From: a virus
Taxonomy: Duplodnaviria; Heunggongvirae; Uroviricota; Caudoviricetes
IMG/VR virus record: IMGVR_UViG_2693429768_000001
Coordinates: 12,099-76,098 of that record
DNA length: 64,000 nucleotides
Reading direction: 5' to 3' (one strand)
Shown here: positions 1 to 9,001 of the stretch, in pieces
Layout: every line of letters starts with the position of its first letter
How positions within the stretch are numbered: the first letter of the stretch is position 1
The notes under the pieces: model-generated
What the model saw: the letters and a program-made list of their open reading frames with translations, nothing else
What the model was told of the DNA's origin: nothing
The model's database searches: none
Made by a program: the position numbers and the translations under genes

Positions 1-19
1 TGTTAGTGAGGCCGTAACT

Positions 20-241
20 ATGGTTAATGCCAATCCTTGCGCACGCCAAGAATTCATCTGGCGTTTCTATTCCTGTAAAAAACACCACTATCACTTCGTT
101 ATCGCAGCAACAGAAGACGAAGCACGCTCTCAATTGCCTGATGGCCCCTGCATTTTTACTGCCCGTTTTTCAACTAACTCGCGCAATTCACTTAGTTACT
201 GGAGCCTCCCCTTCTCTGCCGACGTTCAGGGGGGTTTATGA
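20..241 (+). CDS. icd: Icd-like small protein (73 aa); stop overlaps the antirepressor ATG (ATGA)
   Basis: ORF position and translational coupling match the P1 immI arrangement c4-icd-ant; the protein itself is not independently recognised. Confidence 0.45.
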   Translation: MVNANPCARQEFIWRFYSCKKHHYHFVIAATEDEARSQLPDGPCIFTARFSTNSRNSLSYWSLPFSADVQGGL

Positions 242-1272
242 AAACACCTCTCGTCACCCGTAATGAAATAGCCGAAGCGATCGCCTTGCATACAATCTGT
301 ATGCCGACACGGGAGATCCCCGGCGCAATTGCCAACTATTTCATGATAACCAGGCGTTTTTATACCCGAACAGATAAGGCTGTGATCAACAGGCTACTGA
401 TAGCCGAGATCAGGGATTATTTGATTGAACAAGGACGTCTACGTTACGCAACAGTGGCAGCAGAAATGAGAAAGGAGGCACATAGAATGACCGGTAATAA
501 TTTAAATGTTGAAAAACCAGCACCTGTTGCTTCAGCTACGCCAGCACCAGCCCTGAATGTCATCCCCAACACCGGAGACACAATCGACAGCCAAACATTG
601 TTGAAGATGGTCAATGAGGCACGGAAATTATGTAGCGAAAAACCAGTTCGCAACAATGATTTCATTGCCAGAGTTAAGGATGAGCTTGAAGGAGAAACCT
701 ACGAAATTTTCGTAGGTCAAAAAAACGGCGCAGAAATAGATATTATAACCATGACCTACAAACAAGCCCTGCGAGTTGCCGCGCGCGAGTCAAAAGCGGT
801 CCGCCGTTCGCTGATCGACAAACTGGAAGAATTACAGCAGGCAAACTCCCCTACCCCATCGATCCCCCAAACATTACCAGAAGCCCTACGCCTGGCTGCC
901 GAGTTGGCAGAACAGAAAATGCATCTGGAACAACAGCTGGTGGCCGCAGCACCTAAAGTCGATTTTGCCGACCGGGTATCAGTGGCTAATGGAATCCTGA
1001 TCGGTAACTTTGCAAAGGTCGTTGGACTTAAGCAAAACGCCCTTTTCTCATGGTTGCGCCAGAACGGCATTCTCATGGCTTTTGGTGCGCGCAAAAACGT
1101 ACCGCGCCAGCAGTACATTAACGCCGGGTATTTCACGGTGAAAGAAGTGGTGCTGGATGATGAAAATGGCTATCAGATACGGCTGACGCCACAATTAACG
1201 GGTAAAGGCCAGCAGTGGTTAACTCGCAAGCTACTTGATGCTGGTTTGTTAAAACCAGTAGCAATAGGTTAA
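238..1272 (+). CDS. ant1: Antirepressor Ant1 (Ant2 expected from an internal in-frame start)
   Basis: 344-aa ORF; its C-terminal ~125 aa (LPEALRLAAELAEQK...TGKGQQWL) is near-duplicated in the downstream KilA ORF; synteny icd-ant-kilA-repL. Confidence 0.8.
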   Translation: MKTPLVTRNEIAEAIALHTICMPTREIPGAIANYFMITRRFYTRTDKAVINRLLIAEIRDYLIEQGRLRYATVAAEMRKEAHRMTGNNLNVEKPAPVASATPAPALNVIPNTGDTIDSQTLLKMVNEARKLCSEKPVRNNDFIARVKDELEGETYEIFVGQKNGAEIDIITMTYKQALRVAARESKAVRRSLIDKLEELQQANSPTPSIPQTLPEALRLAAELAEQKMHLEQQLVAAAPKVDFADRVSVANGILIGNFAKVVGLKQNALFSWLRQNGILMAFGARKNVPRQQYINAGYFTVKEVVLDDENGYQIRLTPQLTGKGQQWLTRKLLDAGLLKPVAIG

Positions 1273-1350
1273 CAAAAGAAAAAAACCTGCCAGCAAACTG
1301 GCAGGTTTCTGAGCAGATCGTCCAACCCGATCTGGATCGAGTCAGAAAAA

Positions 1351-1367
1351 TTTGCTCTAATAAATTT
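1351..1367 (+). promoter_or_regulatory. C1 operator-like 17-mer (tttgctctaataaattt) upstream of kilA
   Basis: 16/17 match to recalled P1 C1 operator consensus ATTGCTCTAATAAATTT; sits about 70 bp upstream of kilA start. Confidence 0.6.
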
Positions 1368-1436
1368 CGTTTTCTAAGTGCAAAGAATCACCATTTCGAG
1401 CTGGTGATTGAAGGTTGATGCAAATTTGGAGAAAAA

Positions 1437-2237
1437 ATGCAACAAACATTCAATGCGGATATGAATATATCAAACCTTCATCAAAATGTCGATCCTTCAA
1501 CCACTCTGCCCGTTATTTGTGGTGTTGAAATTACGACCGACCGCGCTGGCCGTTACAACCTTAATGCTCTACACAGAGCGAGCGGACTCGGTGCCCATAA
1601 AGCGCCAGCTCAATGGCTAAGAACGCTGTCAGCCAAACAGCTCATCGAAGAGCTTGAAAAAGAAACTATGCAGAATTGCATAGTTTCGTTCGAAGGCCGT
1701 GGCGGCGGCACTTTTGCCCATGAATTGCTCGCAGTGGAGTACGCAGGCTGGATTTCTCCCGCGTTTCGGCTGAAGGTAAACCAGACATTTATCGACTATC
1801 GAGCCGGAAGATTACAACCTGCTATTCCGAAGAGCCTCCCAGAAGCTCTCCGTTTGGCTGCTGACCTGGCAGAGCAAAAGCAACGGCTGGAGCAAAAAAT
1901 GCTGATGGATGCACCTAAAGTCGAATTCGCCGAACGCGTTGCTACCGCCAGCGGGGTTCTAATCGGCAACTATGCCAAAGTGCTCGGCCTGGGCCAAAAC
2001 TATCTCTTCACCTGGTTGCGTGATAACGGAATTCTGATCGCAACCGGTGAACGCAGGAACGTCCCCAAACAAGAATACATATCCCGTGGGTATTTCACCC
2101 TTAAAGAAACCGTGATCGATACAAGCAATGGAAGCAGGATTTCTTTCACGACTCGTATAACCGGCAAAGGTCAGCAGTGGCTGATGAAGCGATTGCTTGA
2201 TGCTGGTGTGCTGGTACCTGTCGCGGCAACGCGCTAA
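1437..2237 (+). CDS. kilA: KilA (KilA-N domain plus antirepressor-type C-terminal domain), 266 aa
   Basis: Length, N-terminal KilA-N-like region, C-terminal domain paralogous to Ant, immediately upstream of repL. Confidence 0.85.
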   Translation: MQQTFNADMNISNLHQNVDPSTTLPVICGVEITTDRAGRYNLNALHRASGLGAHKAPAQWLRTLSAKQLIEELEKETMQNCIVSFEGRGGGTFAHELLAVEYAGWISPAFRLKVNQTFIDYRAGRLQPAIPKSLPEALRLAADLAEQKQRLEQKMLMDAPKVEFAERVATASGVLIGNYAKVLGLGQNYLFTWLRDNGILIATGERRNVPKQEYISRGYFTLKETVIDTSNGSRISFTTRITGKGQQWLMKRLLDAGVLVPVAATR

Positions 2238-2266
2238 CAGACGTAGTAAGAACCACCAGCATTGTA

Positions 2267-3112
2267 ATGCTGGCTAAAGTCACTTTCCTGAGCTGTATAA
2301 CGATGAGCGATTTTACTTTTTCTGGCTATGAATTGGCCTTCTTTGTAACACACTCCGGTCTATCCCGTAGCGCCGGGCATATCCTGTCGCAATGTGCAAA
2401 TCTCGCGGCAACAACCAGTGAATACTTCATTCACAAGCCCCACCGCCTGATCGCGGCAGAAACTGGTTATAGCCAATCAACCGTCGTTCGTGCATTCCGT
2501 GAAGCTGTAAACAAAGGAATTCTATCTGTAGAGATTGTTATCGGCGATCACCGTGAACGTCGCGCTAACCTGTACCGGTTTACACCATCCTTTTTGGCCT
2601 TCGCACAACAAGCCAAAAATGCGCTGATTGAAAGCAAATTAAAGATCTCTTCAGCGGCAACCAAGGTTAAAGCTGTTCTCGCTAAGACATTGGCTTTATT
2701 TAATTTTTTATCCACACCCCCATGTCAAAATGATACCCCCTCCCCCTGTCAGGATGACGTGGCAATAAAGAATAAGAAGTCACAAGTTAAAAAAACAAAA
2801 AGATCAGTTTCCGGCGGTGCCGGAACGACCAGACTCAAAAAATTGACTTCATGGATCGCTGAGGCAAAAGCAAAGGCTGACAATCTGCGGTTATCCAAAA
2901 AACGCGCTCAAAAACATGAGTTCAAGCAGAAAGTAGAGGCGGCAGCGCGGAAATATGCTTACCTGAAGGACAAGCGTTCTCCTGATATTGGCGGGATATC
3001 AAACTTCGATAATCTGCCGCATTGCATGACGGTAAACGAAGCTCTTAATGCGGTTTTAGCCAAAAATAAAGATAACGAAAAATGGGGTATACCGGCAGGA
3101 TTCAGGGGATGA
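2267..3112 (+). CDS. repL: RepL lytic replication initiator (oriL expected inside the gene)
   Basis: 281-aa ORF recognised as P1 RepL by sequence and position after kilA. Confidence 0.9.
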   Translation: MLAKVTFLSCITMSDFTFSGYELAFFVTHSGLSRSAGHILSQCANLAATTSEYFIHKPHRLIAAETGYSQSTVVRAFREAVNKGILSVEIVIGDHRERRANLYRFTPSFLAFAQQAKNALIESKLKISSAATKVKAVLAKTLALFNFLSTPPCQNDTPSPCQDDVAIKNKKSQVKKTKRSVSGGAGTTRLKKLTSWIAEAKAKADNLRLSKKRAQKHEFKQKVEAAARKYAYLKDKRSPDIGGISNFDNLPHCMTVNEALNAVLAKNKDNEKWGIPAGFRG

Positions 3113-3429
3113 TAGATTGCTCTAATCTGGAGTCACCTGGCGTTTTCAGTTTGAGGTCGGAGATGCAATCTGATTTTTTACAGTTAGCGATCGCTTTTGC
3201 AGGATATGTTTGTATTGGCTTCTGTGTATACATGATCAGCCGAAAAATGCTTGTCGATATCGACCGCAAAGAACGAGCAGAGGAGATCTTAGTATGGATT
3301 TTCTTTGGCGCGGTCTGGCCATTAGGGATCATGTTTGCTGCAACATTTCTTCGATGTGGATATTCACCCTTCCAGGTGATTTCTATAGAAAAAAAGCCAG
3401 ACATTGATACAATCGTTGCGGGTGCTTGA
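3082..3429 (+). CDS. Hypothetical small membrane protein downstream of repL; start uncertain
   Basis: ORF with two hydrophobic segments overlapping the repL end; followed by a 10-bp stem hairpin at 3432-3466. Confidence 0.3.
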   Translation: MGYTGRIQGMIDCSNLESPGVFSLRSEMQSDFLQLAIAFAGYVCIGFCVYMISRKMLVDIDRKERAEEILVWIFFGAVWPLGIMFAATFLRCGYSPFQVISIEKKPDIDTIVAGA

Positions 3430-3439
3430 GGCTATCTGC

Positions 3440-3535
3440 TTCAGGCATGACCCGAAAAGCAGATAGAAGAAAGCCCCAGATAACATTACGCGTCCTGCAA
3501 GACGCTTAACATTAATCTGAGGCCATATCTATGCT
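3440..3535 (-). ncRNA. Region where a Sok-like antisense RNA would be expected (not resolved)
   Basis: Inference only, from hok/sok locus architecture; no promoter or terminator mapped. Confidence 0.2.
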
Positions 3536-3737
3536 TAGCATACGTAGATTAGCCTCTTACCGACCAAAAGGTCAAGGAGAAGCAGGCTATGAAGCAGCAA
3601 AAAGCGATGTTAATCGCTCTGATCGTCATCTGTTTAACCGTCATTGTGACGGCACTGGTAACGAGGAAAGACCTCTGCGAGGTACGAATCCGAACCGGCC
3701 AGACGGAGGTCACTGTCTTCACAGCCTACGAATCTGA
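3531..3737 (+). CDS. Mok-like overlapping reading frame of the hok-like locus
   Basis: 68-codon ORF starting 58 nt upstream of the hok-like ATG and overlapping it in another frame, as for mok/hok. Confidence 0.4.
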   Translation: MLSIRRLASYRPKGQGEAGYEAAKSDVNRSDRHLFNRHCDGTGNEERPLRGTNPNRPDGGHCLHSLRI

Positions 3738-3744
3738 AAGGTAA
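3589..3744 (+). CDS. Hok/Gef-family type I toxin, 51 aa
   Basis: MKQQKAMLIALIVICLTVIVTALVTRKDLCEVRIRTGQTEVTVFTAYESER: single TM helix and conserved C-terminal block (TRK.LCE.R...EV..F.AYES) as in R1 Hok; SD AGGAGA upstream. Confidence 0.8.
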   Translation: MKQQKAMLIALIVICLTVIVTALVTRKDLCEVRIRTGQTEVTVFTAYESER

Positions 3745-4039
3745 GAGACCTGGCGGGGAGTGATCCCCGTCACTCTTCGTGTGTCTGGTAACCTCAATGC
3801 ACCCTTTTCTCCCCAATAGTGTAAAACACAATGAAGTAGAAGGAGTTATTTCACATCATGCAAAGATTCAGACCATATCTCCCAATAGCCTTCGCGACAT
3901 GATGACTTTCAGAAATATCTAGCTGTTAACAAAATTCCATACTTGCTTTGCTAATACCACCTAGATTATATATGGAAAAATACACCTAAAACTTAAACAA
4001 ATTATATCCACAACAAACATCCATCTATTAGGATTAAAA

Positions 4040-4092
4040 TTAATTTAATAATAAATAATACAACACCGGTTCATTTTCTAACAAACCGGTGG
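4040..4092 (-). terminator. Hairpin (accggtt/aaccggt) plus A/T-rich tract downstream of the MazG-like gene
   Basis: 7-bp inverted repeat with 12-nt loop directly after the stop codon, followed on the minus strand by a U-rich run. Confidence 0.4.
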
Positions 4093-4098
4093 GCACCA

Positions 4099-5091
4099 TT
4101 ATTGGAATAACTTACTGATTACATTAAAAACATTAAGGGCGTTACTTGCCACACTAGACATCTTGGCTGAATTTTTTTCGATTGAGTCAAGAACACTTTC
4201 GACTTCCGATAAAGTTCTTCTGCTATCTGCATCTTTTCCTGAGTCTATCGCATCTTTAATTGCAGATATAGCAGACTCTAAATTCTCCTTAAACTCACCT
4301 GTCGTCTCATCCTTCAAGAGAAGTTCTAACTCTTGTTTAAGTTTTTCCAATGATGCTCTTTTCTCATCAGTTTTACTAATCTTCCCTGAATAACTGACAC
4401 AAACACATTCTCTTTTATTGCAGACAGGACAACCATTTAGATAATAACTTTCAAACGCCTCGCCAAGATCATCATCTTTAAAAATAATCCCCCATAAAGA
4501 AAACAACCAAGCATATATATCAGCACACTCTTCATGAAGATTTTCTTTGTTGTAATTTTTATCTTCAATTGATTTAGCATAAGCCTCTTGCAACTCACCC
4601 AACTCTTCGAATAACCTGGATGAATGATAAAACCCACCAAAAGTAGACCAAATGGTTCTATTCGACGGATAGATGTCATTAATCATTCGTGGCGCATAAG
4701 GCGGAAATTGCATAGGTTTAATAGCGTTATATTTATTGAAAAGCTCATCTTTAATTCCTTTTGCGCTTCTTATTTTCTCTGGCTTTCTGTGTGTTTGAGA
4801 ACAGGAACAAGGCGCCCCTAAGCAATAAGGACAGCAACTAGGAAATTTTTTATAAAATGCTTCCTGTGGTTGTATTTCAAGTTTATCACAGATTGCAAAA
4901 AGCCAAGACAATGCTTCTATATAGGTATTTTTTAATAATTCTTTATCCTGATTACCATCACGAATAAACTCACGTGTTAAATAAGCTGTTTTCCTTGTCA
5001 GATAAGAGTACATATACTCAAATGATTTTTCTTCATTTTTTTTGCTGTAAATACCTACAATAATATTGCTCATATCATTGATACGTAACAT
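4099..5091 (-). CDS. MazG/HisE-like NTP pyrophosphohydrolase-type protein with two Cys-rich zinc-ribbon-like clusters and a C-terminal coiled-coil tail (about 330 aa from the SD-supported ATG)
   Basis: Motifs RLFEELGELQEAY and HEECADIYAWLFSL (EExxE...E..D pattern); Cys clusters CCPYCLGAPCSCS and CPVCNKRECVC; gene and flanks are visibly AT-rich; SD AAGAGGA before the ATG at 5091. Confidence 0.6.
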   Translation of the reverse strand: MLRINDMSNIIVGIYSKKNEEKSFEYMYSYLTRKTAYLTREFIRDGNQDKELLKNTYIEALSWLFAICDKLEIQPQEAFYKKFPSCCPYCLGAPCSCSQTHRKPEKIRSAKGIKDELFNKYNAIKPMQFPPYAPRMINDIYPSNRTIWSTFGGFYHSSRLFEELGELQEAYAKSIEDKNYNKENLHEECADIYAWLFSLWGIIFKDDDLGEAFESYYLNGCPVCNKRECVCVSYSGKISKTDEKRASLEKLKQELELLLKDETTGEFKENLESAISAIKDAIDSGKDADSRRTLSEVESVLDSIEKNSAKMSSVASNALNVFNVISKLFQ

Positions 5092-5388
5092 GACATTCCT
5101 CTTAAATAAGCCAATACTTCCTAGAACCATATATGCTTCGACAAAGATTAACGGACATCTTGCCTTCACAAACTTTGACGCTACATAAATTTAACCATGT
5201 GCATACTAAATATTTAAGGTAGAAAAGTATAGGAGTATTTATTAATAGGTAACTGTTAGTTTACACTCACTTCATACCAGAGTATTTACAAGATGTTATT
5301 TTACTCTATTCGCTAGGCGGTGGAATGCGGTTGTATCAAGGGGAGGTAAACCTCCCCCGAAGAAGATTAAAAGTACAAGGGATAACAC

Positions 5389-5898
5389 TTAATCCCACTC
5401 AATCCAGTTGTAGACGATACGAAGTGACGGGCGCACAGCGGCAGTCACATCTTCGGTACTAAAGTCGATTGCATCACTGTAGATTTTGCAGTCCAACATT
5501 TCAATTGTTGTAGCAGCTTTTGTCACAGCGTTAACCCCGGAAGATTTGGATTCAGGGGTAGCAGCCATCGTGATATCAACATAGTCCTTCGCCGCAATGC
5601 GATCTTTAATGAACTGAAGAATATCGCCTTCGATAGTCTCCACGCACTGGACCTGGATTTCCCCAGAGTTTCGAATTGGACCGTGCTGGTTGAACTTCAC
5701 ACCATTCGGACCATAGTCCTCCACATCCTCGCGGGTCATTTCAGGAATTTGCGACGTGCGAACCAGTACGCTGATATCTTCATGGCCTGCAAAAGTGAGC
5801 TGGAATTCAGAAGATACCAGTCGTTCGCCTTTGGCCGCGTTGGCAGTATAGCGGCCCTTAATAAATTTACGGTTTCCCTTAGTGTTATTGTGCCCCAT
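5389..5898 (-). CDS. Putative tail tube-like protein (169 aa)
   Basis: Size and weak resemblance to myovirus tube proteins (C-terminal ...NWIEWD); lies in the block with the sheath-like gene. Confidence 0.4.
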   Translation of the reverse strand: MGHNNTKGNRKFIKGRYTANAAKGERLVSSEFQLTFAGHEDISVLVRTSQIPEMTREDVEDYGPNGVKFNQHGPIRNSGEIQVQCVETIEGDILQFIKDRIAAKDYVDITMAATPESKSSGVNAVTKAATTIEMLDCKIYSDAIDFSTEDVTAAVRPSLRIVYNWIEWD

Positions 5899-5909
5899 AT
5901 AAAATCCTT

Positions 5910-6491
5910 TTACTGGAACGCCCGAACAATATCGGAGCTGTTATATATCGAAGAACCGGTCAACTGGAGGTTGACGGTGTTTTTCAGGAAATGCCCATTG
6001 CTGTCCCTGGGTGCATCGAGATCGAAACTTATGTCCTGGATAGCGACATCAATGATGTTGATCCGGCGACCAATGTTTAGCGTCACACGCTCCGGGATTC
6101 GACCGCCAATACTGGCATCTTTAAGTTCCGGGCTAATCATCGCTGACAATGCGGCGATAGCTCCTGAAACCTCCGTGAATGGGTCAAACAAAGCGATGAA
6201 AGTTACTGGCAGCGTGAAAGTCGGCGGTGTTCCCCCCTCCCAAACCATTAAGCTGTTCCAACGGGCCACCGACGTTGTTTCAGTACCAACCTGCGCAAAA
6301 CCACTGAAAGCACCAGCAACAGACCCCATGGACATACCGGTAAACGGCGCTTCCCAATTCTGGGCCATGTTCATTGCTGCCCCCTGGCTGATATATCCGG
6401 TAACCTGGTACTGAGAGTTCGTTAAAGTAACTTTCAGAAATGGCGATACACCATCAGCCTGGCTGTAAACCCCATAAGGTATAGGTGCCAT
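5910..6491 (-). CDS. Hypothetical virion/tail protein (193 aa)
   Basis: Tightly packed in the same minus-strand operon as sheath and tube candidates. Confidence 0.35.
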   Translation of the reverse strand: MAPIPYGVYSQADGVSPFLKVTLTNSQYQVTGYISQGAAMNMAQNWEAPFTGMSMGSVAGAFSGFAQVGTETTSVARWNSLMVWEGGTPPTFTLPVTFIALFDPFTEVSGAIAALSAMISPELKDASIGGRIPERVTLNIGRRINIIDVAIQDISFDLDAPRDSNGHFLKNTVNLQLTGSSIYNSSDIVRAFQ

Positions 6492-6526
6492 TCAAGTTAA
6501 AGGCCGGAGTTCTCCGGCCTCCTCCT

Positions 6527-7342
6527 TTAGCCAAGGCGCTTACGGCGCAGTTTCATTGACTTTTTGCGGGCAAGTTTTGCCGCGCCGGTCTGGGCTTTTC
6601 GACGCGCTTTTTTCAGCGCCGATTTTTGAGCCGCAGTCAGACGTTTTTTCCGCAGGCGTTTACGGATGAGTTTGATCTCACCGTTACGAACAACCTTCTT
6701 AAATGCTTCAGTCAGCATTTCATCAGAAGTGCCAGCAACAACAAACGCCGCTTCCAGTTCGTCGCGGTCGTCGCTATCTAAACCAGCGATAGAGGCACCA
6801 ACATCAGCAGCAGCGTCGTCGTCTTCATCGTCAGCCAGTGCTTCGATCATGTCATCATCTACACCGCATGCTGCGAGGAAGTCAGCAACATTTGCCCATG
6901 CTTCGTTATAGGCATCGTCCTGTTCTTCTGTAACTTCGGAGTCGTCGTCATCAGAGATACCAGCGATAGCCTGAACGAAACCATCAAGGGAGTCGAAAGT
7001 CAGATCACCGCTATCAGCCCAGGCGAAAACGGCGTCGGCCGCATCACTCAACGCATTCTGCATCGCACTTCGATTTGCAGCTTCCAGAATCATCTGGTGC
7101 GCCTGTTCAACGGTCCATTCTTTACCGTCTTTCTCTTCCAGGATTTGCTCAGGAGCCGGATCAGATGGAACGTTATCGTTAGTCTGTGCCGCCGGTTCCG
7201 GATTATTATTAATAACCGGATCTGTTGGCGGTTCGGCGCTTGCTCGGGCAGACTCCATCAGCTGCACAGGATCAGAGTTCAAAGCGAAACGGGACAGTCC
7301 ATTCCCCAAAAATGCCCCGGATTGAAAAAAGTTTTTGCTCAT
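6527..7342 (-). CDS. Hypothetical highly acidic protein with lysine/arginine-rich C-terminus (271 aa)
   Basis: Long ORF with extreme acidic composition and basic tail; operon position between structural genes. Confidence 0.4.
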   Translation of the reverse strand: MSKNFFQSGAFLGNGLSRFALNSDPVQLMESARASAEPPTDPVINNNPEPAAQTNDNVPSDPAPEQILEEKDGKEWTVEQAHQMILEAANRSAMQNALSDAADAVFAWADSGDLTFDSLDGFVQAIAGISDDDDSEVTEEQDDAYNEAWANVADFLAACGVDDDMIEALADDEDDDAAADVGASIAGLDSDDRDELEAAFVVAGTSDEMLTEAFKKVVRNGEIKLIRKRLRKKRLTAAQKSALKKARRKAQTGAAKLARKKSMKLRRKRLG

Positions 7343-7351
7343 TGTATTCCC

Positions 7352-8941
7352 TTACTTAATAAGCAGCGGTACGCCCTGGATACGACGGGCTACGCCAGTC
7401 GGGCAGCAGGCCCAGACTGCTTCCCATTTATCGAATTCCGCCTGCGTAACTTTCAGCACATACGGTTCTGTACCGTCAGCATCAGGATCACGAGGAGCCA
7501 CCAGAGCGCCGGAGGCGACAAAGCGATCTAAAAGTTTGGTCATCCCTTTAGTCAGACCAGCCGCAGTAATACCGTCCGGGCTATGCTTCATCTGTCGGGC
7601 TAACTGGACAAAGAAACGGCTGATTGCATTCATCAGGGATGGGACGTGCTGGAAGTGCAGATAGTTATCCTGCGTGCAGCAAGTTAAAGCATCGTCGATG
7701 ATCATCTGGCCAGAGGTGCCAACAGATACTTTATTGAGACGGCCCTTGACCATTGCTTCTTCGTCCGGGGTATCTTCCGGATACAGCGGTTGAATTGACG
7801 CACGAGCAATGACGGCACGTTCTTCACCAGCCGGTGAGTAATGCCAACCGCCGACATCAGAGTTTTTCTTGACGCCACGAGCTTTCGCCGCATACGCCGA
7901 GCCAGACAGACCGAAGACCACACGGGATTGGGTCCATTTGTCTTTGCAGGAGAACGGGAAGTGATAGACAGCACAGCTTACATAATCGGTACCAAGTAAA
8001 CCGGTATCTTCAACAGCAGAGATCGCTTCCGTGTACGTCAATGTCGGTTTGACATCAAAGAAGCCATCAATCAGGCGATCTGCACAGATTTTACCTAATG
8101 CGGTGATAGCCGCATTGTCATAGCAGCCCAAGCCAAGAACAGCGGTGTACATGTACGGCGCATTGTTCAGCACTTTCACCGCACGCAGGTACGCAGCGGT
8201 TGAGATTTTCGACTGATCACCGTTGGTACCACCAGTGAACGCCAACGATTTTTTGTTTGTTACTTTCGCTGTAGAAATCAGCTCTTCATTAACAACCGCG
8301 CGCAGATATTTAGAACGGGCTTCCAGAGCCGTAGGCAGATAACACAAGCGGCCCATGTCATCTTTCGCTTCTTCCGCCAAAGACACAGTGTGTGTCTCCA
8401 GGGTCGTTACCACACCGAGCGAAGTCGTCTGGGTCAGTTTTAAGAGGAAGCGTTCATTACCCGCGCTGTCCGCTGTTGCCGTTTCGATGGTTAACTCACG
8501 GGTAGGTGAAATACACGGATCACCATCATCAACGTAGATAGCAAAGGCTTCGCCGCTATCAAGTTCAATTTCAGAACCATATGGCAACGCACTGTAAGCC
8601 GGTTCGCCTGATTCATCGAACATAATAATCGGGAACTTCGCATCATCCGGAACAGCACGGACAACATAACCAGACGTTTGCTGAATAGCTTCGTACACAT
8701 GGCGAATTGGTTCGAACTGTGAGCCGGAGGACGGCTTCAGCGGTTCGCCGAGAACATCTTCGTAATTGGACTCAGTAACTGCAAGAACAGTAAACGGCTT
8801 GCCACGCGCAAATACGCCAATACCAGCCCACAAGCTGCTATTTAATGCAACACCGGTAGATAACGTCGCATCGGCATTGATCGGGCTAACAGCGACGCCG
8901 GATGCATTACCTAATGACTGTTGAATTGAATATTGAGACAT
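7352..8941 (-). CDS. Putative contractile tail sheath protein (529 aa)
   Basis: Size and position upstream of tube-like genes; corresponds by synteny to P1 gene 22. Confidence 0.5.
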   Translation of the reverse strand: MSQYSIQQSLGNASGVAVSPINADATLSTGVALNSSLWAGIGVFARGKPFTVLAVTESNYEDVLGEPLKPSSGSQFEPIRHVYEAIQQTSGYVVRAVPDDAKFPIIMFDESGEPAYSALPYGSEIELDSGEAFAIYVDDGDPCISPTRELTIETATADSAGNERFLLKLTQTTSLGVVTTLETHTVSLAEEAKDDMGRLCYLPTALEARSKYLRAVVNEELISTAKVTNKKSLAFTGGTNGDQSKISTAAYLRAVKVLNNAPYMYTAVLGLGCYDNAAITALGKICADRLIDGFFDVKPTLTYTEAISAVEDTGLLGTDYVSCAVYHFPFSCKDKWTQSRVVFGLSGSAYAAKARGVKKNSDVGGWHYSPAGEERAVIARASIQPLYPEDTPDEEAMVKGRLNKVSVGTSGQMIIDDALTCCTQDNYLHFQHVPSLMNAISRFFVQLARQMKHSPDGITAAGLTKGMTKLLDRFVASGALVAPRDPDADGTEPYVLKVTQAEFDKWEAVWACCPTGVARRIQGVPLLIK

Positions 8942-9001
8942 AACTTTCCCTGTTATGCGCCCCGCACGGGGGCGCTATGTTAAACGGAGAACTTCCCCTG
9001 A

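Noticed and set aside
1-240. Placing the c4 antisense RNA gene in the first 240 bp
   Set aside because: c4 should lie upstream of icd and is probably mostly outside the window; I could not identify its stem-loops confidently by eye.
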